This document shows, piece after piece, positions 9,336 through 19,080 of a DNA stretch of 64,000 nt. Below the pieces are notes generated by a model, which worked only from the letters and a program-made list of their open reading frames with translations, searched no databases and was not told the origin of the DNA. The translations under genes were made by a program, and so were the position numbers. The DNA comes from an uncultured Planctomycetales bacterium. Its GTDB lineage: Bacteria > Omnitrophota > Gorgyraeia > Zapsychrales > JAHFFX01. The stretch lies in NCBI GenBank assembly GCA_964612665.1, contig CAZTCI010000004.1, positions 142,376-206,375 on the forward strand, given 5' to 3'. Within the stretch, counting starts at the first letter, position 1. Each line of letters begins with the position of its first letter.

Positions 9336-9417
9336 AAAGAAGTAGAGAAGTAAAAGGTAGAGAAATACAGAGAAAAATTCTAATCTCTACATCTTTACTT
9401 CTTGCTTCTCTACTTCT
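9336..9417. repeat. family A palindromic repeat (GTAGAGA / TCTCTAC type), copy A1
   Basis: Purine-rich arm aagaagtagagaagtaaaaggtagag pairs with ctctacatctttacttcttgcttctctacttctt. Directly 3' of glmS. Confidence 0.75.
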
Positions 9418-9423
9418 TAAACC

Positions 9424-10089
9424 ATGCTCTACATCGTCTCAACTCCTATCGGCAACTTAAAAGACATTACCCTTCGGGCGATTGAGGTTTTAAAAGGAGT
9501 TGATCTGATCGCCGCGGAAGATACGCGCCATACCAAAATCTTTACCCAGCATTATCAAATCGCAACACCGTTAACCAGCTATTTCGAACATAATCAGATT
9601 AAGAAAGCGGATTATTTGTTGAGCCTTTTAAAAGAAGGCAAGAAGATCGCTTTGGTCACCGACGCCGGGACTCCTGGAATTAGTGACCCGGGTTACCATT
9701 TGATCCGGTTGGTTCAGGAGAATGAGATCCCGATGACGGTCGTTCCGGGCGCGACAGCGTTGATTGCGGCGTTGTCGCTTTCGGGTTTGCCGGCGCACAG
9801 TTTTATTTTTGAAGGATTTTTGCCGGTCAAGTCAGCCGCCCGTCGGAAAAAGCTGGAATCAATGCGGGATGAGACCCGTACGATTATTTTTTATGAATCT
9901 CCGTACCGGTTGATTAAAACATTAAAAGATATTGCGGAAATTTGGAATGATCCGGTTGTTGTCTGCGCGCGGGAGTTGACAAAAAAATTTGAAGAGGTCA
10001 AGAAGGACAAGGCCAGTCAGTTGATGGAATATTTTGAACGGCACCAGCCTCGAGGGGAGTTTGTGTTGCTTTTGAATAGAAGTTCATAA
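9424..10089 (+). CDS. rsmI: 16S rRNA (cytidine1402-2'-O)-methyltransferase
   Basis: MLYIVSTPIGNLKDITLRAIEVLKGVDLIAAEDTRHT is the conserved RsmI tetrapyrrole-methylase-like N-terminus. Confidence 0.85.
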   Translation: MLYIVSTPIGNLKDITLRAIEVLKGVDLIAAEDTRHTKIFTQHYQIATPLTSYFEHNQIKKADYLLSLLKEGKKIALVTDAGTPGISDPGYHLIRLVQENEIPMTVVPGATALIAALSLSGLPAHSFIFEGFLPVKSAARRKKLESMRDETRTIIFYESPYRLIKTLKDIAEIWNDPVVVCARELTKKFEEVKKDKASQLMEYFERHQPRGEFVLLLNRSS

Positions 10090-10094
10090 AACAC

Positions 10095-10138
10095 GACGGG
10101 CGGCCCTGCATTGACGCAGCGATGCAGGGCCGCCCGTC
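10095..10138. terminator. GC-rich 17-bp perfect stem hairpin between convergent genes
   Basis: gacgggcggccctgcat / atgcagggccgcccgtc with a 10-nt loop. Sits between rsmI (+) and the tail-fibre-like gene (-). T-runs on the minus-strand side. Confidence 0.7.
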
Positions 10139-10153
10139 TAGAATTCAGTTAAT

Positions 10154-11734
10154 TTATTTCAATTTTTTTTCTACCTCATCAATCCTACCTTTTAGCTCTT
10201 CCAGTTTTTTAATCAACTCATCATTCCTTTTATTTAATATCTCGTTTTCTGCTTTGAGTTCTTTGATGGCTTCGATGAGAATGGCAGAGAATTTAGCATA
10301 ATCAACCGCCAAGAATTTTTCATCCCCAGAAATCGTATTGACAAGCTCAGGAAAAATCTTTTGGACTTCTTGTGCAACTACACCGATATCCTTTTGACCA
10401 GCTTTATGATGAAATTTTTCTTCTGCCAGCTTATTCCATTCGAACGAAACACCACGCAGTTGACTTATCTTGGAGAGTGAACCAGTTAAAGGTGTTAAAT
10501 TTTCTTTAAGACGTTGATCAGAAACTGGGACCCCGCAGTTTGTGCATCCACCGCTTAGAATGAGATTTGTAGCCTTAATATCCCCGCCGACCTCCAGTGT
10601 TGCTGTCGGATTTGTGACGGTGACGCCAATGCCAACGTTCCCGGTGTTTTTGATGATGAAGGGACGGTTCGGGCCTAACGTCCCACTTTCAAAACCAATG
10701 GCATCATTCCAAACGCCAAATTCCCAAACGTTGGCGCCTTCCTGAATGATCATCGCCGATTCTCCCGCAGGCGCACGCATGGCGATGGGATGATTGTCTG
10801 CGCCATTGAACACATCTAAAGAGTGACTGGGATTTGTGCTTCCAATGCCGACATTTCCAGCCGCATTGATCGTCAGTGGTGTGGTTACACCATTGACAGT
10901 GTCAACCATTCTGAGTTGAAATAACCCGGCAATGCTGCCTAATTGCCAATAATGGGTTACACCTCTTTCATTAAACTTCATGGTGGTGCCTCCGGCGGGG
11001 GCATCAATTGTTATATTCGGAAGCACGACCCCTGAGTTACTCCAAACATGAAGAGGCGACGTAGGGTTTGTCGTTCCAATTCCGACGTTGGACGACCACA
11101 GGGTCAAAGAACTGGAATCGTTGCCGGATAAGCCGATCCATGCCGAATACTGCGGATTGTTGACATCATACAACCCTCCTGCTCCTTCATATTCTTGAAA
11201 TTGAATCCGAGAAGGATTTTTTAGATCACTCATCACCATCAAAGGCGCAGCCTGAGGGCCATATTGTATCCACATCTGACCGCCATCTCCGCCACCAGTA
11301 TTTAAATTCAACCATTTACCGTCCCCTAAAGCATATCCTCCACCAAGGTCGGGCAGCGGTCCTGCGATGTCCAAAACTGCGTTCGGCACGCTCGTCCCAA
11401 TCCCAACATTGGATATCGCAACATCACTCGTACCCCAGCCGCCGCCCACATTGTTCAATTTGCTGGTATACAAAATGCTCCCACTCTGCTTCCATCCTCC
11501 CATCGTATACCAGGCCCCACTAACGCAATTATTTACAGTACCGTCGGAGCTGGCATACATTGTTCCAGACTGACATGCTGGCGGTGTCGTTAAATCAGCA
11601 GCTTGGGGGTAAAGTCGCATGGAATTATAAATGCCCGACGGGGATGGATAGGACGTTGTCAATGTGATGCTGTCGGCGTAGGAGAGCACCACATTAAATA
11701 ACGATAAAAACAATAGGAAAAAGAATTTTTTCAT
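10154..11734 (-). CDS. secreted tail-fibre-domain protein with C-terminal intramolecular chaperone (peptidase S74-like) domain and terminal coiled coil
   Basis: Signal peptide MKKFFFLLFLSLFNVVLSYA. Four NVGIG(T/S)xNP...L(D/E/H)V repeats. C-terminal SDQRLKENLTPL...ISQLRGVSFEWNK matches the autoproteolytic chaperone domain of phage tail spikes/fibres, followed by a K/E-rich heptad coiled coil. Confidence 0.7.
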   Translation of the reverse strand: MKKFFFLLFLSLFNVVLSYADSITLTTSYPSPSGIYNSMRLYPQAADLTTPPACQSGTMYASSDGTVNNCVSGAWYTMGGWKQSGSILYTSKLNNVGGGWGTSDVAISNVGIGTSVPNAVLDIAGPLPDLGGGYALGDGKWLNLNTGGGDGGQMWIQYGPQAAPLMVMSDLKNPSRIQFQEYEGAGGLYDVNNPQYSAWIGLSGNDSSSLTLWSSNVGIGTTNPTSPLHVWSNSGVVLPNITIDAPAGGTTMKFNERGVTHYWQLGSIAGLFQLRMVDTVNGVTTPLTINAAGNVGIGSTNPSHSLDVFNGADNHPIAMRAPAGESAMIIQEGANVWEFGVWNDAIGFESGTLGPNRPFIIKNTGNVGIGVTVTNPTATLEVGGDIKATNLILSGGCTNCGVPVSDQRLKENLTPLTGSLSKISQLRGVSFEWNKLAEEKFHHKAGQKDIGVVAQEVQKIFPELVNTISGDEKFLAVDYAKFSAILIEAIKELKAENEILNKRNDELIKKLEELKGRIDEVEKKLK

Positions 11735-11802
11735 AGTTTTGGTTTCCTGTAAAAAGTTTGCGGGATTTTGTAAGGATTATATATCTGTAGACAAAAACAA
11801 AA

Positions 11803-11838
11803 AACCCTATTCTTGATTATTTTTTCAAGACTAGGGTT
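11803..11838 (-). terminator. intrinsic-terminator-like hairpin in the minus-strand leader of the tail-fibre-like gene
   Basis: aaccctattcttga / tcaagactagggtt 14-bp stem. On the minus strand it is followed by UUUUUUGUUUUUG, about 55 nt upstream of the start codon. Confidence 0.5.
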
Positions 11839-12116
11839 CAGGATAAGTTGAAGAAAATGTATGCTTTTCATAGTCATTGGCAACTGGCTGTCTCTTCCTT
11901 AATATCTTTATGGAAGGACCCTGTAGTTTTGTCAGTGTAAGGATTTATAACACTGCCCTAAATCCGACGAGGGTTTAGGGGTCCCACTTTTGCAAGTGGT
12001 TTACCTTTGTACAATGTTTTATTTATATCCAAAATAAGTATAATATATGACTAAAAGAAAAGGCAAATTTAATTCGAAGGCTGAAGTAAACGCCATTCTT
12101 AAGTTTATAAGCGAAC

Positions 12117-12145
12117 TTGACACTCTTAAAAAGGGATGATATATT
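12117..12145 (+). promoter_or_regulatory. sigma70-like promoter for the pyrR operon (TTGACA-N17-TATATT)
   Basis: Consensus -35 at 12117..12122 and -10 at 12140..12145 with 17-nt spacing, upstream of the PyrR attenuator. Confidence 0.45.
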
Positions 12146-12194
12146 TTTGGCCGAGAAAGATTGTTGGTTAAGTAAAGATTTTCTTTTAAACCCG

Positions 12195-13824
<1,630 letters not shown>

Positions 13825-13904
13825 CTGGAACGTTCAAGCTGCATGCTACAAGTCTCGTGCATTGAAGCCTGAAGTTATTAGCGATTAGAAATAAAGGACT
13901 ATTT

Positions 13905-15203
13905 ATGTCGATTCTGATTAAAAACGCAATCATTGTGAGCGCTGATAAAATCGCTTCCAAGCCGCAAGATATCTTTCTTGAAAAAGGAAAAATTTCCAAG
14001 CTTGCGCCGAAATTGGATTTGTCCGCCGAGGAAACGATTGACGCGCAGGATAAGTTAGTTTTGCCTGGACTCATCGATCTTCATGTTCATCTGCGTGAAC
14101 CTGGCCGCGAAGATAAAGAAACGATTGAAACTGGTTCGCGCTCAGCCGCTAAAGGCGGATTTACTTCCATTTTTTGCATGCCGAATACGAATCCCGTTAT
14201 CGATAATGGGATGATCGTTGAAGCGATTATCAAAGAAGCTAAGCGCGTTGGGCTCGTGAATGTCTATCCGATTGGTGCGATCACGAAAGGCCAAAAGAAT
14301 GAAGAGCTGACGGATATGGCGGAACTTAAAAAATCCGGATGTCTGGTGCTTTCCGACGACGGAAAAGCGGTCGCCAACGGCCAGCTCATGCGCCGTGCTT
14401 TGGAATACGCCAAGATGCTTGGTCTTCTGCTTATTCAACACTGCGAAGACCCATTATTAAGCAATCACGGCTGCATGAATGAAGGCGTTACCTCGACGCT
14501 ATTAGGATTAAAAGGAATTCCAGGTGTTGCCGAAACAATTATTGTCGCCCGTGATATTGAACTCGCCCATTATCTTAAAACCAAAATTCATTTTGCGCAT
14601 ATGAGTTTAAAACGTTCGATTGAGTTAATTCGATTTGCTAAATCTCAAGGCATCTTCGTGACCGCGGAAGTTTGCCCGCATCACTTCACATTGACCGATG
14701 AAATTGTGAAATCATTCGATACCAACACCAAAGTCAATCCGCCGCTGCGCACGCAAGAAGACGTTGACGCTTTAAAAGAAGGCCTTAAAGACGGTACGAT
14801 TGACTGCATCACAACCGACCATGCACCGCACACCGCCGAGGAAAAAGAATCTGAATATGATCACGCGCCGTTCGGCATGATTGGATTAGAAACAGCCGTG
14901 GGTCTCGCCATAACCGAACTCGTCGAAAAAGAATATTTGACCTGGCCTGAACTCGTCAATAAAATGTCGACGATGCCAGCCAAGATCACCGGCTTAACAA
15001 ATAAAGGCGAAATCAAAGAAGGCAAAGACGCCGACATTACAATCATCGACTCCGATTGTGAATGGATTTTTCGTAAAGAAGAAATCACCTCCAAATCCAA
15101 AAACTCGCCTTTTATCGCACGTAAACTTAAAGGCCGGGTTGCCGCAACGATTTGTAATGGAAAGATAGTTTATGAACAGGAGAGAGAAGAGAGTAGAAAG
15201 TAG
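13905..15203 (+). CDS. pyrC: dihydroorotase
   Basis: LPGLIDLHVHLREPG and FTSIFCMPNTNP metal-binding motifs of amidohydrolase-type DHOase. The C-terminal residues are encoded by repeat A2. Confidence 0.85.
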   Translation: MSILIKNAIIVSADKIASKPQDIFLEKGKISKLAPKLDLSAEETIDAQDKLVLPGLIDLHVHLREPGREDKETIETGSRSAAKGGFTSIFCMPNTNPVIDNGMIVEAIIKEAKRVGLVNVYPIGAITKGQKNEELTDMAELKKSGCLVLSDDGKAVANGQLMRRALEYAKMLGLLLIQHCEDPLLSNHGCMNEGVTSTLLGLKGIPGVAETIIVARDIELAHYLKTKIHFAHMSLKRSIELIRFAKSQGIFVTAEVCPHHFTLTDEIVKSFDTNTKVNPPLRTQEDVDALKEGLKDGTIDCITTDHAPHTAEEKESEYDHAPFGMIGLETAVGLAITELVEKEYLTWPELVNKMSTMPAKITGLTNKGEIKEGKDADITIIDSDCEWIFRKEEITSKSKNSPFIARKLKGRVAATICNGKIVYEQEREESRK

Positions 15204-15256
15204 AGAGTCAGCAAATTTCGTATCACTCTCTACTCTCACCTTGCTCCTTTCTACTA
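15183..15256. repeat. family A palindromic repeat, copy A2
   Basis: gagtagaaagtagagagt...actctctactctc with extended arms. Spans the pyrC stop codon, directly before tRNA-Arg. Confidence 0.75.
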
Positions 15257-15276
15257 TATTTGAGTTCATTCGAATA

Positions 15277-15348
15277 GCCCCTGTAGCTCAACGGATAGAG
15301 TACTAGCCTCCGGAGCTAGTGGTACAGGTTCGATTCCTGTCAGGGGCA
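15277..15348 (+). tRNA. tRNA-Arg (anticodon CCG)
   Basis: Manual cloverleaf: acceptor gcccctg/caggggc, D stem gctc/gagt, anticodon stem ctagc/gctag with loop cuCCGga, T arm acagg-ttcgatt-cctgt, discriminator A. No encoded CCA. Confidence 0.85.
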
Positions 15349-15471
15349 CTTCGACTCGACTCTTCTTTGTTTTGTACTTGGCCTCGCTCAGTGTAAACTT
15401 TAGAGGGCCGAGTACGAAGTGCCCTGAGCGAACGACTAGGATTGTTTATCATAAGGGAGTGAGTCGAAGGG

Positions 15472-15717
15472 ATGTGGACGGTTTACATCATTCAAAGAAA
15501 AGATAGCTCGTTATATATAGGTATGACAATCGATATAGAGCGGCGCCTCCAAGAGCATAGGCGGAATATGAATTTTTGTGAGATCGAATCAATATATAAA
15601 GAACAATTTCCTGATAAGTTTAAAGCAGCAGCCAGAGAGAAACAACTTAAAGGTTGGACAAGAAAAAAGAAATTAGCTCTGATGGCTGGTGATTTAGAAT
15701 TGTTAAAGAAGCTGTAA
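15472..15717 (+). CDS. GIY-YIG nuclease family protein (UPF0213 / YhbQ-like)
   Basis: VYIIQRKDSSLYIGMTIDIERRLQEH is the GIY-YIG signature. Small 81-aa protein. Confidence 0.7.
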   Translation: MWTVYIIQRKDSSLYIGMTIDIERRLQEHRRNMNFCEIESIYKEQFPDKFKAAAREKQLKGWTRKKKLALMAGDLELLKKL

Positions 15718-15823
15718 TGAATTCTTGATCGTCGATAAATTCATTTTATCTGAATCTAAAAACATTGAAACAGCATCAATTAAGTAGTTAATGTCCATTT
15801 TCCATATCTACAACTCTTAGGAG

Positions 15824-15855
15824 TTATCCACAATCTGTATACAACATGTGGATAA
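15824..15855. promoter_or_regulatory. pair of perfect DnaA-box 9-mers in inverted orientation
   Basis: TTATCCACA at 15824..15832 and TGTGGATAA at 15847..15855, 14 bp apart. An AT-rich tract lies upstream. Confidence 0.4.
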
Positions 15856-15906
15856 CTTTTCTACTTCGCCTTCATACTTTTGTGTGGAGGCTTCGTAGGA
15901 ATTACG

Positions 15907-16380
15907 ATGGGTAAAAAACAAAAACAGAAAATCACAATTTCAGTTATCGGCCGTCGGGAAATTAATGCGCAAGAAGAGAAGCTTGCGTTTGCCGTCGGAA
16001 GAATTGTCGCCCGTTGCGGTGCAGTTTTAGTTTGCGGCGGATTAACCGGCGCAATGGCGGCGTCTGCCGCCGGCGCTAAATCCGCAGGCGGTTTAACGAT
16101 TGGATTATTGCCGGGGATTCTTAAAGCCGATGCAAATCCTTTTATTGACATCGCACTTCCAACAACAATCGGCTTCGCTCGGAACGCGATGGTTGCCTGC
16201 AGTGGCGATGCCGTCATTGCGCTTCCTGGAACTCATGGAACATCCTGTGAAATTTCCTACAGCTTCGTTTATAAACGTCCGGTATTCGATTTGGGAAATT
16301 GGAACGTGCCGGGGATGATTAAAGTCAAAAATCTGCGTGACCTGGAACTTAAGCTGAAAAGTTTAATTCGATCTTTATAA
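15907..16380 (+). CDS. LOG/TIGR00725-family Rossmann-fold protein (lysine-decarboxylase-like)
   Basis: GGLTGAMAASAAGAKSAGGLTIGLLP and PGTHGTSCE resemble the LOG-family nucleotide-binding and PGGxGTxxE motifs. Confidence 0.55.
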   Translation: MGKKQKQKITISVIGRREINAQEEKLAFAVGRIVARCGAVLVCGGLTGAMAASAAGAKSAGGLTIGLLPGILKADANPFIDIALPTTIGFARNAMVACSGDAVIALPGTHGTSCEISYSFVYKRPVFDLGNWNVPGMIKVKNLRDLELKLKSLIRSL

Positions 16381-16382
16381 AA

Positions 16383-16465
16383 AAGAGAAGTAGAGAGGCA
16401 AGAAGCAAAGAAGCAGAGAAAAAGCGTTTATCTCTACTTCGCTGCCTCTTGCTTTTCTATTTCTT
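16383..16465. repeat. family A palindromic repeat, copy A3
   Basis: gaagtagagaggcaagaagcaaagaagcagagaaaa...tctctacttcgctgcctcttgcttttctatttctt. Confidence 0.7.
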
Positions 16466-16495
16466 AACCTCAGTCTTCCCCATACATAAAAACTC

Positions 16496-17308
16496 ATGCC
16501 CGAACTCCCTGAAGTTGAGACAATCAAACGCTCGCTTGCTGTTAAAATAACCGGTCAAAGAATTCTAAAAGTCACCGTGCACGATGACCGTGTTTTGCGC
16601 AATTGTTCTGCCAGCGTTTTTATGAAGACTTTAACCGGACGGACGTTTAAGGACATTTCCCGCCGGGGCAAGGCGCTCATTTTTAGTTTTAATGAACCTG
16701 GATTCATGGTGGTTCAACCGATGATGACCGGCCAGCTCATTTTTTCTCAAACACCTTCGCAACCCCAGATAAAAATCGTTTTCCACCTTTCCAACGGAAA
16801 TTATTTACTTTATAATGACCAACGGCTTTTTGGCCGGATTAATTTTTATCAGGACTTAAAAGAGATGGATTTTTTGAAAACGTTAGGTCCTGAACCGTTC
16901 GGCCCGGAATTTAATAGCGATTGGTTGCAAGAAAAATTAGCCAAACGGAAGGTCCCGATCAAATCATTGCTTTTGAATCAACAAATTGTCGCCGGGATTG
17001 GTAATATTTACGCGTGCGAGATTTTATTCGATTGCGGCATCAATCCCAAACGGCCGGCGCAGCGATTGAAAAAGCAAGAGATTAAAGCGCTCATTGACGC
17101 CACAACGGCGATTCTTCAAAAAGCTATCCACGAACGCGGAACATCGATGCATACTTACGTGGATGGCGAAGGGCAAAAAGGAAATTTTATAAAACGTATT
17201 AAAGTTTACGGCCGAGAGAACGAACCTTGTGTGAAATGCCGGCGGCCTATCGAACGGATTGTTCAGTCCGGCCGCAGTACTTTTTATTGCCGTCGGTGTC
17301 AGCGGTAG
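16496..17308 (+). CDS. mutM: formamidopyrimidine-DNA glycosylase
   Basis: MPELPEVETIKRSL N-terminus with catalytic Pro2/Glu3. C-terminal CxxC...CxxC zinc finger (CVKCRRP...YCRRCQR). Confidence 0.9.
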   Translation: MPELPEVETIKRSLAVKITGQRILKVTVHDDRVLRNCSASVFMKTLTGRTFKDISRRGKALIFSFNEPGFMVVQPMMTGQLIFSQTPSQPQIKIVFHLSNGNYLLYNDQRLFGRINFYQDLKEMDFLKTLGPEPFGPEFNSDWLQEKLAKRKVPIKSLLLNQQIVAGIGNIYACEILFDCGINPKRPAQRLKKQEIKALIDATTAILQKAIHERGTSMHTYVDGEGQKGNFIKRIKVYGRENEPCVKCRRPIERIVQSGRSTFYCRRCQR

Positions 17309-17316
17309 ATGAATAA

Positions 17317-17411
17317 CCTTACTGACTTTTGCATTGCAAAAGTCTAGTACTAGGCCTTTTCTCCCTGAGAATGATAGGACAACTTATCTTTGGGAGAGAA
17401 AAGGCCAGTAA
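17317..17411. mobile_element. MITE-like palindromic element, family C copy 2 (inverted relative to copy 1)
   Basis: Reverse complement of 4651..4745 with a handful of substitutions. Intergenic between mutM and the ICMT-family gene. Confidence 0.75.
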
Positions 17412-17472
17412 ACCATGTTGATAAGGAAATTCGCTCGGTCCCCGCAAAAGACGCGGGGTTAATTCGCGCTTC

Positions 17473-17503
17473 TTGTTACGTTACAAAAAGCGTAACGTAA
17501 CAA
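17473..17503. promoter_or_regulatory. perfect 12-bp-arm palindrome abutting a start codon
   Basis: ttgttacgttac-aaaaagc-gtaacgtaacaa ends one nucleotide before ATG 17504. Confidence 0.4.
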
Positions 17504-18214
17504 ATGCGCTCATTAATAATGAAACCCCGAATTAAAACTGATAGCACCATTCTTGTTGCATTAGTCGTTTTGACTATCCTTTTACTTTATAAATTCCCAC
17601 ATCTTTATACGCGTAACATTCTCGTCGATGATATTCAAGATTTCATCGGTCTATGCGTTGCTTTGATCGGCAATTTTTTAAGAATGACCGCCCGCGGCCA
17701 TAAGAAAAAGCATTCGCAAAGTGGAGAAGACCTTGTTACAACTGGCCCTTACGCCTTAGTCCGTAATCCAATGTACCTCGGAACCTTCCTCATCGGCTGC
17801 GGATTTGCTTTTATCGTCTGGCCGCTGTGGAGCCTGCCTTTGTTCGCCTTTCTTTTTCACTGGCGGTTTAATATTCAAATCAAGATTGAGGAAGAGCATC
17901 TGTCGAAAATTTTCGGTAAAAAATACCAAGCGTACTGTGAACGCGTGCCGCGTTTATTTCCAAGATTAAATGAACTCGTTCAAATAAACTTTAAAAAGAC
18001 CTTTCCGCTCGATGAGATTTGGAGTACAAAAGAGAAGCGGGGGCTGATTTTGTGGCCCGTCGCTGCTATTTTTCTAGACGTGATTCAGGAACAATTCATT
18101 TATCACACCAGTTGTTTGGAAAAAACCGTGTTAATTTTTTTAGTAAGCATGCTTTTGATGGGCGCGATTGGTTGGGTTCTTTATAGACCCGAAAAAGGGT
18201 TAAAGATTGTTTAA
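17504..18214 (+). CDS. isoprenylcysteine carboxyl methyltransferase (ICMT/PEMT) family membrane protein
   Basis: GPYALVRNPMYLGTF...EEEHLSKIFGKKYQAYCERVPRLFP is the ICMT-family C-terminal signature. Multiple TM helices. Confidence 0.65.
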   Translation: MRSLIMKPRIKTDSTILVALVVLTILLLYKFPHLYTRNILVDDIQDFIGLCVALIGNFLRMTARGHKKKHSQSGEDLVTTGPYALVRNPMYLGTFLIGCGFAFIVWPLWSLPLFAFLFHWRFNIQIKIEEEHLSKIFGKKYQAYCERVPRLFPRLNELVQINFKKTFPLDEIWSTKEKRGLILWPVAAIFLDVIQEQFIYHTSCLEKTVLIFLVSMLLMGAIGWVLYRPEKGLKIV

Positions 18215-18219
18215 TCGTT

Positions 18220-18993
18220 ATGGATAAAATCCAACACACCGTTAAAGTTGTTTCCAATAAAAAACTTTGCCCGCAGTTTCATTGCCTGGCGTTAGAAGCG
18301 AAAGGCATTCTTCATAAAATCCTTCCCGGGCAGTTTATTCACATCAAAACTTCGGATGGACTTGAACCGTTTTTCCGACGACCTTTCAGCGTTTACCGCG
18401 CTAAGAAGTATGTGGAAATTTTTTTTGAAGTCGTCGGGCTGGGTACGCGGTTACTCTCCGAGAAAAAGCCGGGCGATCTCTTGGATATCCTGGGCCCGCT
18501 CGGAAACCGTTTTACCCCGCCGCCTAAAGGTACGAAACAAGTCGTCATGATCGCCGGCGGCATCGGCATCGCGCCGTTTTTGATTCTCTCCGATGAGCTA
18601 CGAGCTACGAACTACGAGCTCATCTTGTTTTACGGCGCCAGAACCAAGAATCACGTTTATCCCATGAAGGAATTCAAGCAAAACGGCTGTAAAATTTTTG
18701 TATCAACCGATGATGGCAGCGTCGGTGTTAAAGGACGCGTCAGTCAATTGTTTAACAAAATTAAAATCGACCCGGCCTCAACCATGCTTTATACGTGCGG
18801 TCCACATGCGATGATGCACGCAGTCCAAGAATTTGCCGTTAAAAATAATTTGCACTGCGAAGCGTCATGCGAAGAAATCATGGCCTGCGCGCTTGGCGCG
18901 TGTTTGGGCTGTTCGATTCAAACCACGTCGGGGTATAAGACGGTTTGTTATGACGGGCCGGTGTTTGATATAAAAGAAATTGTATTTGCGTGA
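18220..18993 (+). CDS. pyrK: dihydroorotate dehydrogenase electron-transfer subunit
   Basis: FAD/NAD-binding ferredoxin-reductase fold (RRPFSV, GGIGIAPF) and C-terminal Cys cluster CxxxxCxxC...C for the 2Fe-2S centre. Directly precedes pyrD. Confidence 0.8.
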   Translation: MDKIQHTVKVVSNKKLCPQFHCLALEAKGILHKILPGQFIHIKTSDGLEPFFRRPFSVYRAKKYVEIFFEVVGLGTRLLSEKKPGDLLDILGPLGNRFTPPPKGTKQVVMIAGGIGIAPFLILSDELRATNYELILFYGARTKNHVYPMKEFKQNGCKIFVSTDDGSVGVKGRVSQLFNKIKIDPASTMLYTCGPHAMMHAVQEFAVKNNLHCEASCEEIMACALGACLGCSIQTTSGYKTVCYDGPVFDIKEIVFA

Positions 18994-19077
18994 TTCGTGG
19001 TTCGTCGTTCGAGGAAACCGTTTTTTTATATGCAAATAAAAGAACGAATGCCACGAACAACGAAAGCACGAACGACC
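18994..19077. repeat. family B palindromic repeat (CGTTCG-type), copy B1
   Basis: Shares ...ttcgtcgttcgaggaaa.cg...aaataaaagaacgaat.cc.cgaacaacgaaagca with 36112..36192. Lies between pyrK and pyrD. The ORF-track pyrD start is extended through it. Confidence 0.75.
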
Positions 19078-19080
19078 ATA

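Noticed and set aside
15349-15471. Group I intron or self-splicing element associated with the GIY-YIG gene
   Set aside because: tRNA-Arg is intact and uninterrupted. The structured spacer is only ~120 nt, and no P7/P3 group I core sequences were recognisable. Kept only as a structured spacer.
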